Under the pieces are notes generated by a model, which saw only the letters and a program-made list of their open reading frames with translations, ran no database searches and was not told where the DNA came from. From Sulfurovum sp. (GTDB lineage Bacteria; Campylobacterota; Campylobacteria; Campylobacterales; Sulfurovaceae), in contig JALUYL010000047.1 of assembly GCA_027012955.1 (NCBI GenBank), positions 1 through 58,970 on the forward strand: a stretch of 58,970 nucleotides of DNA. Reading direction: 5' to 3'. A program made the translations under genes and the position numbers. This document shows, one piece after another, positions 1 to 10,358 of this stretch. Numbering within the stretch: position 1 is the stretch's first letter; each line of letters begins with the position of its first letter.

Positions 1-100
1 TTTTACCTTCATCACTTTGCGTCAAGGAAGGAATAGAAAAAACTATTCCAAAAATGAGTGCAAAAGCAAAAAGTATGACTCTATAATTAAGCGTCTTCAC
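1..100 (-). CDS. secD: protein translocase subunit SecD, 5' fragment (runs off window edge)
   Basis: Manual translation from GTG at 100: MKTLNYRVILFAFALIFGIVFSIPSLTQSDEGK. Resembles the Campylobacterota SecD N-terminal TM; overlaps the yajC 3' end. Confidence 0.8.
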   Translation of the reverse strand, partial: MKTLNYRVILFAFALIFGIVFSIPSLTQSDEGK

Positions 101-359
101 CGACTTCTACCTTTTTCGATACATAAGCTCTATCTAATTTCACAATAGTGTCATCATTTAGTTTGATTTTGATAAAATCTTCTTCAGGTTTAACGATTAC
201 TGCGATGAGACCACCCGTAGTAATGATTTTGTCACCCTTAACCAATGCTTCGAGCATTGCTTTGTGTGCTTTTTGATGTTGTTGTTGCGGTCTGATAATT
301 AAAAAATAGAAAATCGCGAACAAAAGAATAAGTGGTAAAAATGAACCAAGTTGTTCCAT
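87..359 (-). CDS. yajC: preprotein translocase subunit YajC
   Basis: FYFLIIRPQ..Q, KGDKIITTGGL motifs; 90 aa. Confidence 0.97.
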   Translation of the reverse strand: MEQLGSFLPLILLFAIFYFLIIRPQQQHQKAHKAMLEALVKGDKIITTGGLIAVIVKPEEDFIKIKLNDDTIVKLDRAYVSKKVEVGEDA

Positions 360-370
360 AGGAATCCTTC

Positions 371-1678
371 ATGAATAAAATTAGGCAATATTTTACCACC
401 TTTGTGTTAATAAGAGGCTTGTCCATCGCTGTGCTAAGCTCTGGCTTTATTTACCTCGCATATTTTCATCTTGACTATCCTTTATTGACTACTTGTATGG
501 CACTTATTGCACTCTACCTACTCCTAGATTCAGACACTGCTACATGGTTTGTTTCGGGTGTGTTTATAGGCTTATTTTGGTTCTGGTGGATAGCCCTCAG
601 TCTCATACACTACGATATGATGTGGGCTGCCCCCATTGAGATACTCATTATCATGCTAACGTATGGTTTTCTTTTTGCTTTTATCTCATGGGTTAGTAAC
701 TTTTTATCCCATTATTTTAACGGAGAGAAGGCACCCCAATCTACACTTATATCACTTGGCATAAAAGCTATAGGGCTTCTACTGTTGAGTTATGTGCATC
801 CTTTCTCGTTTGACTGGTTGAAGCCTGAGTTGATGTTTGTCAGTAGTTACTTAGGCATTAGTAAATTTTCTTTTGGCATAGTGTTGATGGGTATCATTTT
901 AAGTGTATGGCAAAAAAGAGTGTGGTATTTGGCACTCGTACTACTTGCTTACCCTCCTGCGGTATCTAATACGCATAACCCTTTAGAGAGTATCACCCTC
1001 GTTACTACTCATACCTCAGTGAAAGAGAAATGGGATGAAACCCTGCATCCTAAACAATTTCAAGCCCTATTTCAAACCATTGACGAAGCCATAGCCAAGA
1101 AAAAAGCCCTGATTGTCCTTCCTGAATCTGTCTTTCCTGTGTTCATCAACCGTTCTCAAACACTCCTAGATACCTTACAAGAAAAAGCCAAACATATCTC
1201 CATCGTCACAGGGGGACTCTACTGGGATGGACAAACCCCACGTAACGCCACCTATATTTTCTCCCAAGGCAAAATCACCGTAGCAAACAAAGTCCTACTC
1301 GTCCCCTTCGGAGAAAGCAATCCCCTACCTGACTTCTTAAGCGACTGGGTCAACAAAGTGTTCTACGATGGTGCAGTAGACTACAAAGCCAGCGACAAAG
1401 TAACAGACTACCAAATAGACGGCATAACCTACCGAAACGCCATCTGTTTTGAAGCCACATCAGAAAAGCTCTATGAAAAAGATAAAACTGGCAAACGCCC
1501 TGAACACATGATAGTTCTAAGCAACAACGGATGGTTTCACCCATCAATCGAATCAAGCTTACAAAAACTTTTGCTACTTTACTACAACAAAAAGTACGGT
1601 ACTACTATCTACCATAGTATTAATATGTCGGAGTCGTATATCATACAAAATGGAAAAGTTTTAATACCAGATAATTGA
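371..1678 (+). CDS. lnt: apolipoprotein N-acyltransferase
   Basis: Multi-TM N-terminus; nitrilase-fold motifs LPES, KVLLVPFGE, ICFE. Confidence 0.95.
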   Translation: MNKIRQYFTTFVLIRGLSIAVLSSGFIYLAYFHLDYPLLTTCMALIALYLLLDSDTATWFVSGVFIGLFWFWWIALSLIHYDMMWAAPIEILIIMLTYGFLFAFISWVSNFLSHYFNGEKAPQSTLISLGIKAIGLLLLSYVHPFSFDWLKPELMFVSSYLGISKFSFGIVLMGIILSVWQKRVWYLALVLLAYPPAVSNTHNPLESITLVTTHTSVKEKWDETLHPKQFQALFQTIDEAIAKKKALIVLPESVFPVFINRSQTLLDTLQEKAKHISIVTGGLYWDGQTPRNATYIFSQGKITVANKVLLVPFGESNPLPDFLSDWVNKVFYDGAVDYKASDKVTDYQIDGITYRNAICFEATSEKLYEKDKTGKRPEHMIVLSNNGWFHPSIESSLQKLLLLYYNKKYGTTIYHSINMSESYIIQNGKVLIPDN

Positions 1679-1697
1679 CTTATATCTCATAACCTAC

Positions 1698-1722
1698 TAT
1701 AATTGACAATATCTTGTACAAA
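1698..1722 (+). promoter_or_regulatory. putative TA promoter/operator: TATAAT followed by TTGACAA..TTGTACAA
   Basis: TATAAT at 1698-1703; TGTACA core (1715-1720) typical of YefM-family operators, just before the RBS. Confidence 0.5.
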
Positions 1723-1731
1723 AGGATTTTC

Positions 1732-1986
1732 ATGCAAGCTGTCAACTACTCTCATGCGAGAAATAATCTAAAATCTATCATCGATGATGTGTGTGATAAC
1801 AATGAAGAGGTGATTATAACCACTAAAAATGACAAGTCTGTCATCATACAATCTATGGACACTTACAACAAAACACATGCTCAAATAAAACGAGATGTAG
1901 CTATATCAATAGCACAAATAGAACGTGGTGAATGTATGAGTATCGATGAAGCTTTCAAATTAGCCAAACAATCATACCGTGACTAA
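1732..1986 (+). CDS. Phd/YefM family antitoxin
   Basis: MQAVNYSHARNNLKSIIDDV..EEVIIT; ATG 1732 follows AAGGA RBS, preferred over TTG 1714. Confidence 0.92.
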   Translation: MQAVNYSHARNNLKSIIDDVCDNNEEVIITTKNDKSVIIQSMDTYNKTHAQIKRDVAISIAQIERGECMSIDEAFKLAKQSYRD

Positions 1987-2266
1987 AATTACTTTTTCAC
2001 AAAAAGCCATTGATGCACTTATATCTCAAGCCAAATATATATATGAACTGACCCATAGTATAGAAAAAGCAGATAATTATTTTGATGAGATGGAAGACTA
2101 TATCAATTATACTTTAAAGGTACATCCAAAACTAGGCAGATCTGCTCCAGAACTAGGTTTTGGCGTTCGTAAACTTGTCTATAAGAGATATTCTATTTTA
2201 TATCGTATCACTTCTATTGAAATAGAAATACTAACTATTTATAAACAAAACTTACCTAGTCTATGA
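1979..2266 (+). CDS. RelE/ParE family toxin
   Basis: 95 aa, overlaps antitoxin; ITFSQKA..L, HPKLGR, RKLVYKRYSILYRI. Confidence 0.88.
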   Translation: MTKITFSQKAIDALISQAKYIYELTHSIEKADNYFDEMEDYINYTLKVHPKLGRSAPELGFGVRKLVYKRYSILYRITSIEIEILTIYKQNLPSL

Positions 2267-2631
2267 CTCTAAAAAACATTTACATAACTCCCATCAAAGG
2301 CTACCAATACATCTCAAAGATGCTGCCTGCAAATTGTCGCTATTACCCTAGCTGTTCAGAGTATGCCAAGTGGCAGTTTGAATTTAATGTGCCTCATAAG
2401 GCACTGGCTGCGAGTAGTCTGCGTATTTTACGTTGCAATCAGTTCTTTAAGGGAGGTATTGACTATCCTTTGGTGGAGATGCACCCACAAAAACCTTCGT
2501 GCTTACTCACTTTTAATGCAGAGTATGGCAAAATTGAACTACTCTATTGGTTTGTGCCAAAAAGCATAAAACCAAATAACACATACTATTATGTCCTAAA
2601 GGATTTTGATGCAATTAACCGCGCCACTTGA
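2263..2631 (+). CDS. yidD: membrane protein insertion efficiency factor YidD
   Basis: YQYIS..CRYYPSCSEYA..RILRCNQF.GG.D. Confidence 0.93.
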   Translation: MTLKNIYITPIKGYQYISKMLPANCRYYPSCSEYAKWQFEFNVPHKALAASSLRILRCNQFFKGGIDYPLVEMHPQKPSCLLTFNAEYGKIELLYWFVPKSIKPNNTYYYVLKDFDAINRAT

Positions 2632-3619
2632 CATGCACCTACACCTCCGCGATGGAGAGATGTTACAAAATATCGCCAAGGCTTCAGCGAGAACTTTTTC
2701 TGGAGCACTCGTCATGCCTAACCTCGTACCACCCGTAAGTACAAAAGAAGAAGTTGTTGCCTATAAAGCGCGTATCTTGGCTGCCATTGGTGATGAAAAG
2801 TTTATCCCCTATATGACACTCTTTTTTAAACCAAGTTATGACAAAGCTTTTTTGGAAAGTCTGCGTGATGAGATTACTGCGATTAAGCTCTATCCTGCTG
2901 GTATTACCACCAACTCCGAAGGTGGGGTTAGTGGCTTTGATGTTGAGGAGTTACGTCCTGCTCTTGAGGCAATGAGCGAGCTTAACATTCCTCTGTGTGT
3001 GCATGGCGAGACCAATGGCTTTGTGATGGACAGAGAAGCAGAGTTTGTAAGCATTTATGAACGTCTTGCTACTGCATTTCCAAAACTTAAAATCATTATG
3101 GAGCACATCACCACCAAAGAGAGTGTTGCAGCACTAGAGAAGTATGAAAATCTTTATGCAACCATTACACTGCATCACCTACTCATCACACTTGATGATG
3201 TCGCCGGTGGGATGCTGAAACCCCACCTTTTTTGTAAACCCATCGCTAAACGTCCTGAAGACAAAGTTGCCCTACTTAAAGTAGCACTTGAAGCACATCC
3301 TAAAGTGATGTTTGGTTCTGACTCTGCCCCACATCCTAGAGAAGCGAAAGAAGCTTTTGGCTGTGCTGCTGGTGTATTTACAGCACCTATCGCCTTACAG
3401 GTACTAGCAGAACTCTTTGAAAATGAAAATGCTCCGTTGGAAAATCTGCAAGCATTTATTTCAGGAAATGCCCAACGCATTTATGGCGTGGAACCTCTTC
3501 AAAAAACTGTAGTATTAGAAAAAAAACCATTTACTGTCCCCTCTGACTACAATGGTATAGTACCTATGTATGCCGATGAAGAGATAGCCTACTCAATAAA
3601 GGAGATTATCTATGGATAA
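2609..3619 (+). CDS. pyrC: dihydroorotase
   Basis: DMHLHLRD, MPNL.PP, KLYPAG.TTNS, CKP, GSDSAPH. Confidence 0.97.
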   Translation: MQLTAPLDMHLHLRDGEMLQNIAKASARTFSGALVMPNLVPPVSTKEEVVAYKARILAAIGDEKFIPYMTLFFKPSYDKAFLESLRDEITAIKLYPAGITTNSEGGVSGFDVEELRPALEAMSELNIPLCVHGETNGFVMDREAEFVSIYERLATAFPKLKIIMEHITTKESVAALEKYENLYATITLHHLLITLDDVAGGMLKPHLFCKPIAKRPEDKVALLKVALEAHPKVMFGSDSAPHPREAKEAFGCAAGVFTAPIALQVLAELFENENAPLENLQAFISGNAQRIYGVEPLQKTVVLEKKPFTVPSDYNGIVPMYADEEIAYSIKEIIYG

Positions 3620-4256
3620 TAGACTGAAAGAGTTTGAAAAAGGACATGAATCTTTTCAAAAAATAAAATTTAAAAAGAGTGAAGAGCGTTTTAAAAAGCT
3701 GGTAGAAGACGGACAAAATCCCAAGGCACTGTTTATAGGCTGTTCAGATTCACGTGTGATGCCTGCTTTAATTACAGGTTCAAAGCCTGGAGATTTGTTT
3801 ATCGTAAGAAACATCGGTAATTTTGTTGCACCGTACAACCCAAATGCAGACTACCATGCTACTGCCTCTGCTATAGAGTATGCAGTCAGCATCTTGGAAG
3901 TCTCTGATATTATTGTCTGTGGGCATTCACACTGTGGTGCTATCGCTGCACTATTCAAAGATATTAAACAGACACCTGACAATATACACACTATCAAATG
4001 GCTTGAACTTGGGAATGAAGCCAAAAAAGTGGGTCTTCTCGCATATAGAGATGCAGATAAAGATACTATGTTGCGCTATACAGAACGCATGTCAGTAGTC
4101 TATCAACTCGACAATCTTTTAACCTACCCTGCAATAAAACGAAAAGTAGAAGAAGGCACAATTTACCTACATGGATGGCATTATGATATTGAAAATGGAC
4201 ATATTGACTATTATGATGATGAAAATTACGAATTTAAAGCACTTACTCAAAATTAA
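3612..4256 (+). CDS. beta-class carbonic anhydrase
   Basis: CSDSRV and GHSHCGAI zinc motifs. Confidence 0.96.
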   Translation: MDNRLKEFEKGHESFQKIKFKKSEERFKKLVEDGQNPKALFIGCSDSRVMPALITGSKPGDLFIVRNIGNFVAPYNPNADYHATASAIEYAVSILEVSDIIVCGHSHCGAIAALFKDIKQTPDNIHTIKWLELGNEAKKVGLLAYRDADKDTMLRYTERMSVVYQLDNLLTYPAIKRKVEEGTIYLHGWHYDIENGHIDYYDDENYEFKALTQN

Positions 4257-4303
4257 TGCGTTAAGATACTCTTATATATAAGGGAAATTAATAAGGATAG
4301 TAA

Positions 4304-5224
4304 ATGATAGCAAATAATATTGAAGAACTTATAGGGAACACGCCTCTAGTCAAGATAAATAAACTCTCACAAGAACTCGGCGTCACCATTTTAGGGAAAT
4401 GTGAATTTATGAACCCTACTTCATCTGTGAAAGACAGAATCGCTTTCAATATGATAAATGAAGCGTTAAAATCGGGTGTCATTGATGAAAGTACCACCAT
4501 CATAGAACCTACATCTGGCAATACAGGAATAGGACTTGCAGCAATCTGTGCTGCCAAAGGCATGAAACTCATTTTAACTATGCCTGACTCCATGAGTATG
4601 GAACGTCGTAAGATACTTATGCATTTAGGTGCAGAACTTGTACTGACTCCTGGTGCAGATGGTATGGGTGGTGCCGTTGAAAAAGCAGACCAACTAGGTC
4701 GTGAACTTAAAAATGCTAAAGTGCTTCAGCAGTTTAACAACCCAGACAACTCAGACATACACCGTAAAACAACTGCGATTGAGATACTGAAAGATACTGA
4801 AAAAAATATAGATATTTTTGTTGCATCTGTAGGAACAGGGGGTACACTCACAGGTACAGGTGAAGCACTCAAACAGCATATTCCTGCTATCCAAATCATC
4901 GCGGTAGAACCCTCTACATCTGCAGTACTAGAAGGTGAAAAAGCAGGGCCACATAAGATTCAGGGTATCGGTGCAGGATTTATACCAGAGATACTAAATA
5001 CGGCTCTTTACAATGAAGTATTGGCTGTAAGCAACGAAGACTCTTTTGCTATGGCACAAAAAGTAGCACGAGACGAAGGCTTGCTTATAGGGATATCCGC
5101 AGGAGCCAACCTACATGCCGCCAAAATATTGGCAGAACGTCCTGAAAATAAAGGTAAAACCATCGTAACTGTCTTATGTGACACTGCGGAGCGTTACCTC
5201 TCTACAGAACTTTTTGACCATTAA
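4304..5224 (+). CDS. cysK: cysteine synthase A
   Basis: SVKDRIA PLP lysine, EPTSGNTG, GTGGT, HKIQGIGAGF. Confidence 0.97.
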   Translation: MIANNIEELIGNTPLVKINKLSQELGVTILGKCEFMNPTSSVKDRIAFNMINEALKSGVIDESTTIIEPTSGNTGIGLAAICAAKGMKLILTMPDSMSMERRKILMHLGAELVLTPGADGMGGAVEKADQLGRELKNAKVLQQFNNPDNSDIHRKTTAIEILKDTEKNIDIFVASVGTGGTLTGTGEALKQHIPAIQIIAVEPSTSAVLEGEKAGPHKIQGIGAGFIPEILNTALYNEVLAVSNEDSFAMAQKVARDEGLLIGISAGANLHAAKILAERPENKGKTIVTVLCDTAERYLSTELFDH

Positions 5225-5820
5225 TGGCTCAACACACAGTACAAAAACCTCTTCTTCTTGAAACTATCAAGTGTGACGAGGGTGTGATACACAATCTTTC
5301 TTACCACCAAAAACGATGCAACACAAGTCGTCAAATACTCTATCATTCTCAAAACACGCTTGATTTACATGCTTTTATACAAGCACCTCCCCTAGGTAAA
5401 TATCGATGTCGTATTGTCTATGGAGAATCCATTCATAGTATCGAGTATATCCCTTATACCCCAAAAGAAGTACAACATTTAAAAATCATACCTTCTGATT
5501 TTGAGTACAATTTAAAATATGCCAATCGAGACGAAATCAATACCTTATTTAACAACAAAGGTACTGCAGATGATATTATTATCGAAAAAAATGGCTATCT
5601 TACCGATACTTCTATCGCAAACATCGCTTTTTATGATGGGGAAAGATGGTTCACTCCAGCCACACCTCTACTAAAAGGTACGATGAGACAGAAGCTTATT
5701 GATGAAGGTGTGTTACATACTAGAGACATCAAGAAAGAGGAATTATCTGACTACACACAAGTGGCTTTAATGAATGCTATGTTAGGATTTAAAATCTTAA
5801 ATCATTTTAACATACAGTAA
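5224..5820 (+). CDS. aminotransferase class IV family protein (aminodeoxychorismate lyase-like)
   Basis: LETI..H..R, KYANR, TDTSIANI, LLKGTMR. Confidence 0.85.
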   Translation: MAQHTVQKPLLLETIKCDEGVIHNLSYHQKRCNTSRQILYHSQNTLDLHAFIQAPPLGKYRCRIVYGESIHSIEYIPYTPKEVQHLKIIPSDFEYNLKYANRDEINTLFNNKGTADDIIIEKNGYLTDTSIANIAFYDGERWFTPATPLLKGTMRQKLIDEGVLHTRDIKKEELSDYTQVALMNAMLGFKILNHFNIQ

Positions 5821-5835
5821 TACCAAGGGTAAATT

Positions 5836-6288
5836 ATGACTATCAATCTTTTTCAAACACCTGAGTACAAGACTATAATGCACAATCACATTTTTCAAAC
5901 TATCGAATATCTCTTTGGAAAAAACCAAGAATTTGCTGTAGCTTGTGAAATAAAACATATTACTTTTTACCCTGAGCTTCCTACCGAAGTACAAAATTCT
6001 TTTGATGAAAAAGTGCTCTTTATTTTAAGTGGCTATACCTTTGAGAGTGCGAGTATCGATGAGGAGTACTTTTCTTTTGAAGCAGGTTTTGGTGAGAGTA
6101 ATTTTGGCTCTACGGTAACTGTACCACTGTTAGCTATTAATCAAATCTTTGTAGGCGATCATCCTATCGTACTTAATCTGTCAAAATATGAGGGGAAGAA
6201 GGAAAAAGAAACTTCCACCAAATCATCGATGGAAGCATTGTTGAATAATCCTGAAAATAAAAAACTTTTCAAGAAAAATAAATCTTAA
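5836..6288 (+). CDS. conserved hypothetical protein
   Basis: 150 aa ORF in operon context; FEAGFG..NFGS.V.VPL segment. Confidence 0.8.
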   Translation: MTINLFQTPEYKTIMHNHIFQTIEYLFGKNQEFAVACEIKHITFYPELPTEVQNSFDEKVLFILSGYTFESASIDEEYFSFEAGFGESNFGSTVTVPLLAINQIFVGDHPIVLNLSKYEGKKEKETSTKSSMEALLNNPENKKLFKKNKS

Positions 6289-7187
6289 CAGTGACCTGCT
6301 AAGATATAGTTTACCACTTTATCTACATAAGCATTATGCTTATTTTCTTTAGAGTACACGATGTAGAATTTACGTGTCATAGTGTAACCTCTTAGTTTCG
6401 CTTCAAAAAGTTCACCATTGTTAATCTCATCCATCACAGCATACTTAGACAAGATAGATACCACTGGTTTTTCAGTATTTCTATCACTCTTTTTCAGTGT
6501 TTGAAGGACTGTAGTTGTGTTACTTACTTCTGAAAGAACATTAAAACTTTTACAAGAAACACCTAATTCTTCAAAAACTTCAGAGACTACGCGTCTTGTA
6601 TGCGAACCTTCATTACGACAAATCCATGAGAAGTCATACAGTTCTTCTGTTTTAAGTGTTTTGGCGATAGGTACATTAGACACAACAACCAACTCATCTT
6701 CTAGCCATTCTCTATAGATAAGGTCATTATCCATAACAGGTGACTCTATAAGTCCAACATCAAGCTTTCTATCTTTTAGCTTTTCAACAATTTTATCACT
6801 TACATCGATGTCAAGGTTAATATCATTGCTAATGGCTTCACCAATAGTATTGAGACATTGTCCAGGGATGATATAGGTACCAATAGTATAAGATGCACCT
6901 AATCTAAAAGTAATCTCTTTGTTAATGATTTTTAAAATATCTTGTTCAGATGAATGAATCTCTTTTTCAAGTCTTGTGGCTATCTTGTAGAGCTCATCAC
7001 CTTCATTGGTCAATTTAATACCATTCTTTTTACGTTCTATCACTTTACAAGCTAAATACTTCTCTATAAATTTAATCTGTTGTGTAACCGCTGGTTGGGA
7101 TATCCCTAACTTAGCAGATGCTTTTGAAAAACTTCTTTCGCGTGCTACAGTTAAAAATGTCTCTAATTTTACAAAATCTTTTAACAT
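6285..7187 (-). CDS. LysR family transcriptional regulator
   Basis: N-terminal HTH SFSKASAKLGISQPAVTQQIK; 300 aa. Confidence 0.96.
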   Translation of the reverse strand: MLKDFVKLETFLTVARERSFSKASAKLGISQPAVTQQIKFIEKYLACKVIERKKNGIKLTNEGDELYKIATRLEKEIHSSEQDILKIINKEITFRLGASYTIGTYIIPGQCLNTIGEAISNDINLDIDVSDKIVEKLKDRKLDVGLIESPVMDNDLIYREWLEDELVVVSNVPIAKTLKTEELYDFSWICRNEGSHTRRVVSEVFEELGVSCKSFNVLSEVSNTTTVLQTLKKSDRNTEKPVVSILSKYAVMDEINNGELFEAKLRGYTMTRKFYIVYSKENKHNAYVDKVVNYILAGHC

Positions 7188-7399
7188 TTGTTGTCCTTAC
7201 CTAGTACAAAAGTACCATTCCTTATAAATAACCTAAGTTAATAAAATTATTATATCTAATTATACTTAAATCAAACATAAGTTGTTCTTATTAGAATGAT
7301 TTTATTTTCCCTACTTATATAAGATGTCGAATCATGCTATCGCGCTTCTAAACAATTAAAAGGTATAATTAATACAATTAGTAGGAGAAAGCACATTTT

Positions 7400-9466
7400 A
7401 TGGAAACCATTTTAAATGCACTAAACCCATCACAAAAAGAAGCCGTTGAACATATAGATGGTCCTATGCTTATCTTAGCTGGGGCGGGTTCAGGGAAAAC
7501 AAAGACACTAACCACGCGTCTTGCATACCTTGTAGGAGAAGTGGGCATAGACCCTGCCAACACACTTACCCTCACCTTTACAAACAAAGCCGCTGCAGAA
7601 ATGCGTGAACGTGCTTTAAAACTCATGCCTTCACGTGTTTCTTACCCTCCTCTTTTATGTACCTTTCATAAGTTTGGATTACTTTTTCTTAAGTTTCATA
7701 TAGAAAAACTTGGACGAAGTAATGCCTTTGTCATCATAGACAGTGATGATAAAAAACGTCTTATACGTAGCATTGCCAAAGAACTCAAAATAGATTTAAA
7801 CATCTCCTTCATTGCTTCAGAAATCTCAAAATACAAAAATTCTTTGCTTTCTCCTGAAATTGTTGTGGAAAAAGCCGAACTTCCTGACTACAAAAAAATT
7901 GCATCCATCTATGTTGCCTATCAAAAAAACATCGAAGAGAATAATCTTGTAGATTTTGATGATTTACTCATGCTTACACACCAAATACTTGCACAAAATG
8001 ACACCTTGCGTAAAGAAACGAGTGAACGCTACAAATACATCATGGTAGATGAGTACCAAGATACCAATGAATTACAGTTTCAACTCCTCGAACTCCTCTC
8101 TTCTGAGCACAACAACCTCTGTGTCGTGGGTGATGATGACCAAAGTATTTATGGATGGCGTGGGGCAAACATACGTAATATTTTAGAATTTTCCAGTAAT
8201 TTCGAAACGTGTAAAACAGTCAAACTTGAGACAAACTACCGTTCAACTGAGCCCATCTTAAAAGCTGCAAATACACTCATAGAACATAACTCAACAAGAT
8301 TGGGTAAAAAACTTACCTCCCATAAAGGTGCAGGTGAAAATGTTAAACTGATCCATTCGTTAGATGAATCTATGGAAGCTAAAGCCATTGCACATAGCAT
8401 ACAAAAACTTTTAGATAAGGGTGCAGACCCAGATGAGATAGCCGTACTTTACCGTATCAATGCGCTTTCTCGTTCTTTGGAAGAAGGTTTCACTAAATCG
8501 GGTCTTGCTTTTAAACTCATCGGAGGGATGCGCTTTTATGAGCGTGCAGAAATCAAAGATATCATCTCATATTTCAGGGTTCTTTCTAACCCTCATGATG
8601 ACTTTTCTCTCATACGTATCATTAACAAACCAAAGCGGGGCACAGGAAAAGCATCTATAGAGAAGCTACAAAAAGCAGCTTTTGAAGCACATGTTTCCCT
8701 GTTTGAGTACATAGAAAAATCACTTCAAGGTGACCTTCCTCTTGTCATTAGTAAAAAAGTAGCTACTTCACTCACAAAATTAGTAGAAGATGTCAAGCTT
8801 TTACAGAGTGAAGTCTCAACAACATTGGGTAACTTCATCACTCTTTTTGAAGAACGTATTAAACTAAAAGACCACTATGCAAGTATGGTAGACGGCATGG
8901 ACAGAATCATGAACATTGATGAATTTTATGGCCTTTTTAGAGATGCCGTCATCAAAAACCCAGACCTCACACTCGATGAATTTCTCAATGACATCTCACT
9001 CCAATCTGACCAAGACCAGATAGAAGAAGATGCCATCACCATCATGAGTATACATGCAGCCAAAGGACTAGAGTTTGAACATCTTTTTGTCATAGGACTA
9101 GAAGAAGAGTTCTTTCCTCTACTTGGAGAGGGGTGTAATATGGAAGAGGAGCGTCGTTTAGGCTATGTTGCCATCACCCGAGCCAAATCTGACCTTACCC
9201 TTTGTTATGTAGACAGCCGTTTTTACAAAGGTCGCCGTAAGATGATAGACAAAAGCCGCTTCCTCGGTGAAGCAGGTCTTGTAAAAGATGCCAGTCTCAA
9301 AATCACCAAACAGGCTGCTTTCAAAAAAGGTGACTTGGTCAAACACAAGATCTTTGGCATCGGACGTGTGCAAGCTGCGAACAAATCAGGGAAAGAGTAT
9401 AAACTTCTCATTAATTTTGGTGGAAATAAAAAAGAGATATTGAGCTCTTTTGTACAATCGATATAA
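7400..9466 (+). CDS. uvrD: UvrD/Rep/PcrA family ATP-dependent DNA helicase
   Basis: AGAGSGKT, DEYQDTN, VGDDDQSIYGWRGA, KGLEF, EERRL.YVAITRA. Confidence 0.96.
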   Translation: METILNALNPSQKEAVEHIDGPMLILAGAGSGKTKTLTTRLAYLVGEVGIDPANTLTLTFTNKAAAEMRERALKLMPSRVSYPPLLCTFHKFGLLFLKFHIEKLGRSNAFVIIDSDDKKRLIRSIAKELKIDLNISFIASEISKYKNSLLSPEIVVEKAELPDYKKIASIYVAYQKNIEENNLVDFDDLLMLTHQILAQNDTLRKETSERYKYIMVDEYQDTNELQFQLLELLSSEHNNLCVVGDDDQSIYGWRGANIRNILEFSSNFETCKTVKLETNYRSTEPILKAANTLIEHNSTRLGKKLTSHKGAGENVKLIHSLDESMEAKAIAHSIQKLLDKGADPDEIAVLYRINALSRSLEEGFTKSGLAFKLIGGMRFYERAEIKDIISYFRVLSNPHDDFSLIRIINKPKRGTGKASIEKLQKAAFEAHVSLFEYIEKSLQGDLPLVISKKVATSLTKLVEDVKLLQSEVSTTLGNFITLFEERIKLKDHYASMVDGMDRIMNIDEFYGLFRDAVIKNPDLTLDEFLNDISLQSDQDQIEEDAITIMSIHAAKGLEFEHLFVIGLEEEFFPLLGEGCNMEEERRLGYVAITRAKSDLTLCYVDSRFYKGRRKMIDKSRFLGEAGLVKDASLKITKQAAFKKGDLVKHKIFGIGRVQAANKSGKEYKLLINFGGNKKEILSSFVQSI

Positions 9467-9490
9467 CTTTTTTACATAATACAAACAAAA

Positions 9491-9514
9491 GGTGTGGTAG
9501 CAACCACACCCTAC
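9491..9514 (-). repeat. GTAG-type REP element (singlet)
   Basis: Minus strand GTAG-GGTGTGGT-TGCT-ACCACACC: GTAG foot plus perfect 8-bp hairpin. Confidence 0.8.
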
Positions 9515-9527
9515 AGGGAACAAACAC

Positions 9528-10358
9528 GTGAATAGATTATTTGTCGTAAACAAACCTATATTTCGCTCATCCAATGGCTATATGGGTTACGTCAAACGTA
9601 AATATGGGACTAAAAAAGTGGGTTTTTCAGGTACACTTGACCCTTTTGCCACAGGCTGTCTCATCGTCGCTACAGGGCAATACACAAAACTCTTTCAATA
9701 TCTCAACAAAACGCCAAAAAGCTACAAAGCAACCCTATGGCTAGGGGCCAACTCGCCAAGCCTTGATATAGAGAAGATAGACAGCATTAAAGAAACAAAA
9801 GAGTTTGATGAGAAGACCATAAAAGAAATCCTCTCCTCACTTTTAGGTGAGCTGACCTACTACCCACCAAAGTTTTGCGCAAAAAAGATAAACGGTAAAC
9901 GTGCTTATGAACTTGCACGTGCGGGTGAAGAAGTCGACTTAAAAACCATTACCTCTACCATTTACGATATAAAACTACTCAACTACAACCATCCTTTTGT
10001 ACATTTTGAAGCCAAAGTGAGTGAAGGAACTTACATACGTAGTTTAGGCGCACTCATAGCCGACAAACTTGGAGTTGATGGAACCCTCTCAAGCTTACAC
10101 CGTATCCATGAAGGGCTTTTTCATTATAACAATGAAAAAGCCCTTAATCCTTTTACACATTTAGCACTGCCGACGAATGTTTATACAGGCGATGAATCAT
10201 TTATGGAACTTGGAAAAAAACTTGGCGTAGAGTATTTCCAGATACAAGATGAAGGCATTTATCTTATTGAAACTTCACAGTTTTTTTCTATTATCGAAAT
10301 CATAGGGTATGAAGTCAAATACCGATTTAACCGCATACCAAAGTTTGAGGAAATGTAA
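9528..10358 (+). CDS. truB: tRNA pseudouridine(55) synthase
   Basis: GFSGTLDPFATG, KINGKRAYELAR, SEGTYIRSL. Confidence 0.96.
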   Translation: MNRLFVVNKPIFRSSNGYMGYVKRKYGTKKVGFSGTLDPFATGCLIVATGQYTKLFQYLNKTPKSYKATLWLGANSPSLDIEKIDSIKETKEFDEKTIKEILSSLLGELTYYPPKFCAKKINGKRAYELARAGEEVDLKTITSTIYDIKLLNYNHPFVHFEAKVSEGTYIRSLGALIADKLGVDGTLSSLHRIHEGLFHYNNEKALNPFTHLALPTNVYTGDESFMELGKKLGVEYFQIQDEGIYLIETSQFFSIIEIIGYEVKYRFNRIPKFEEM

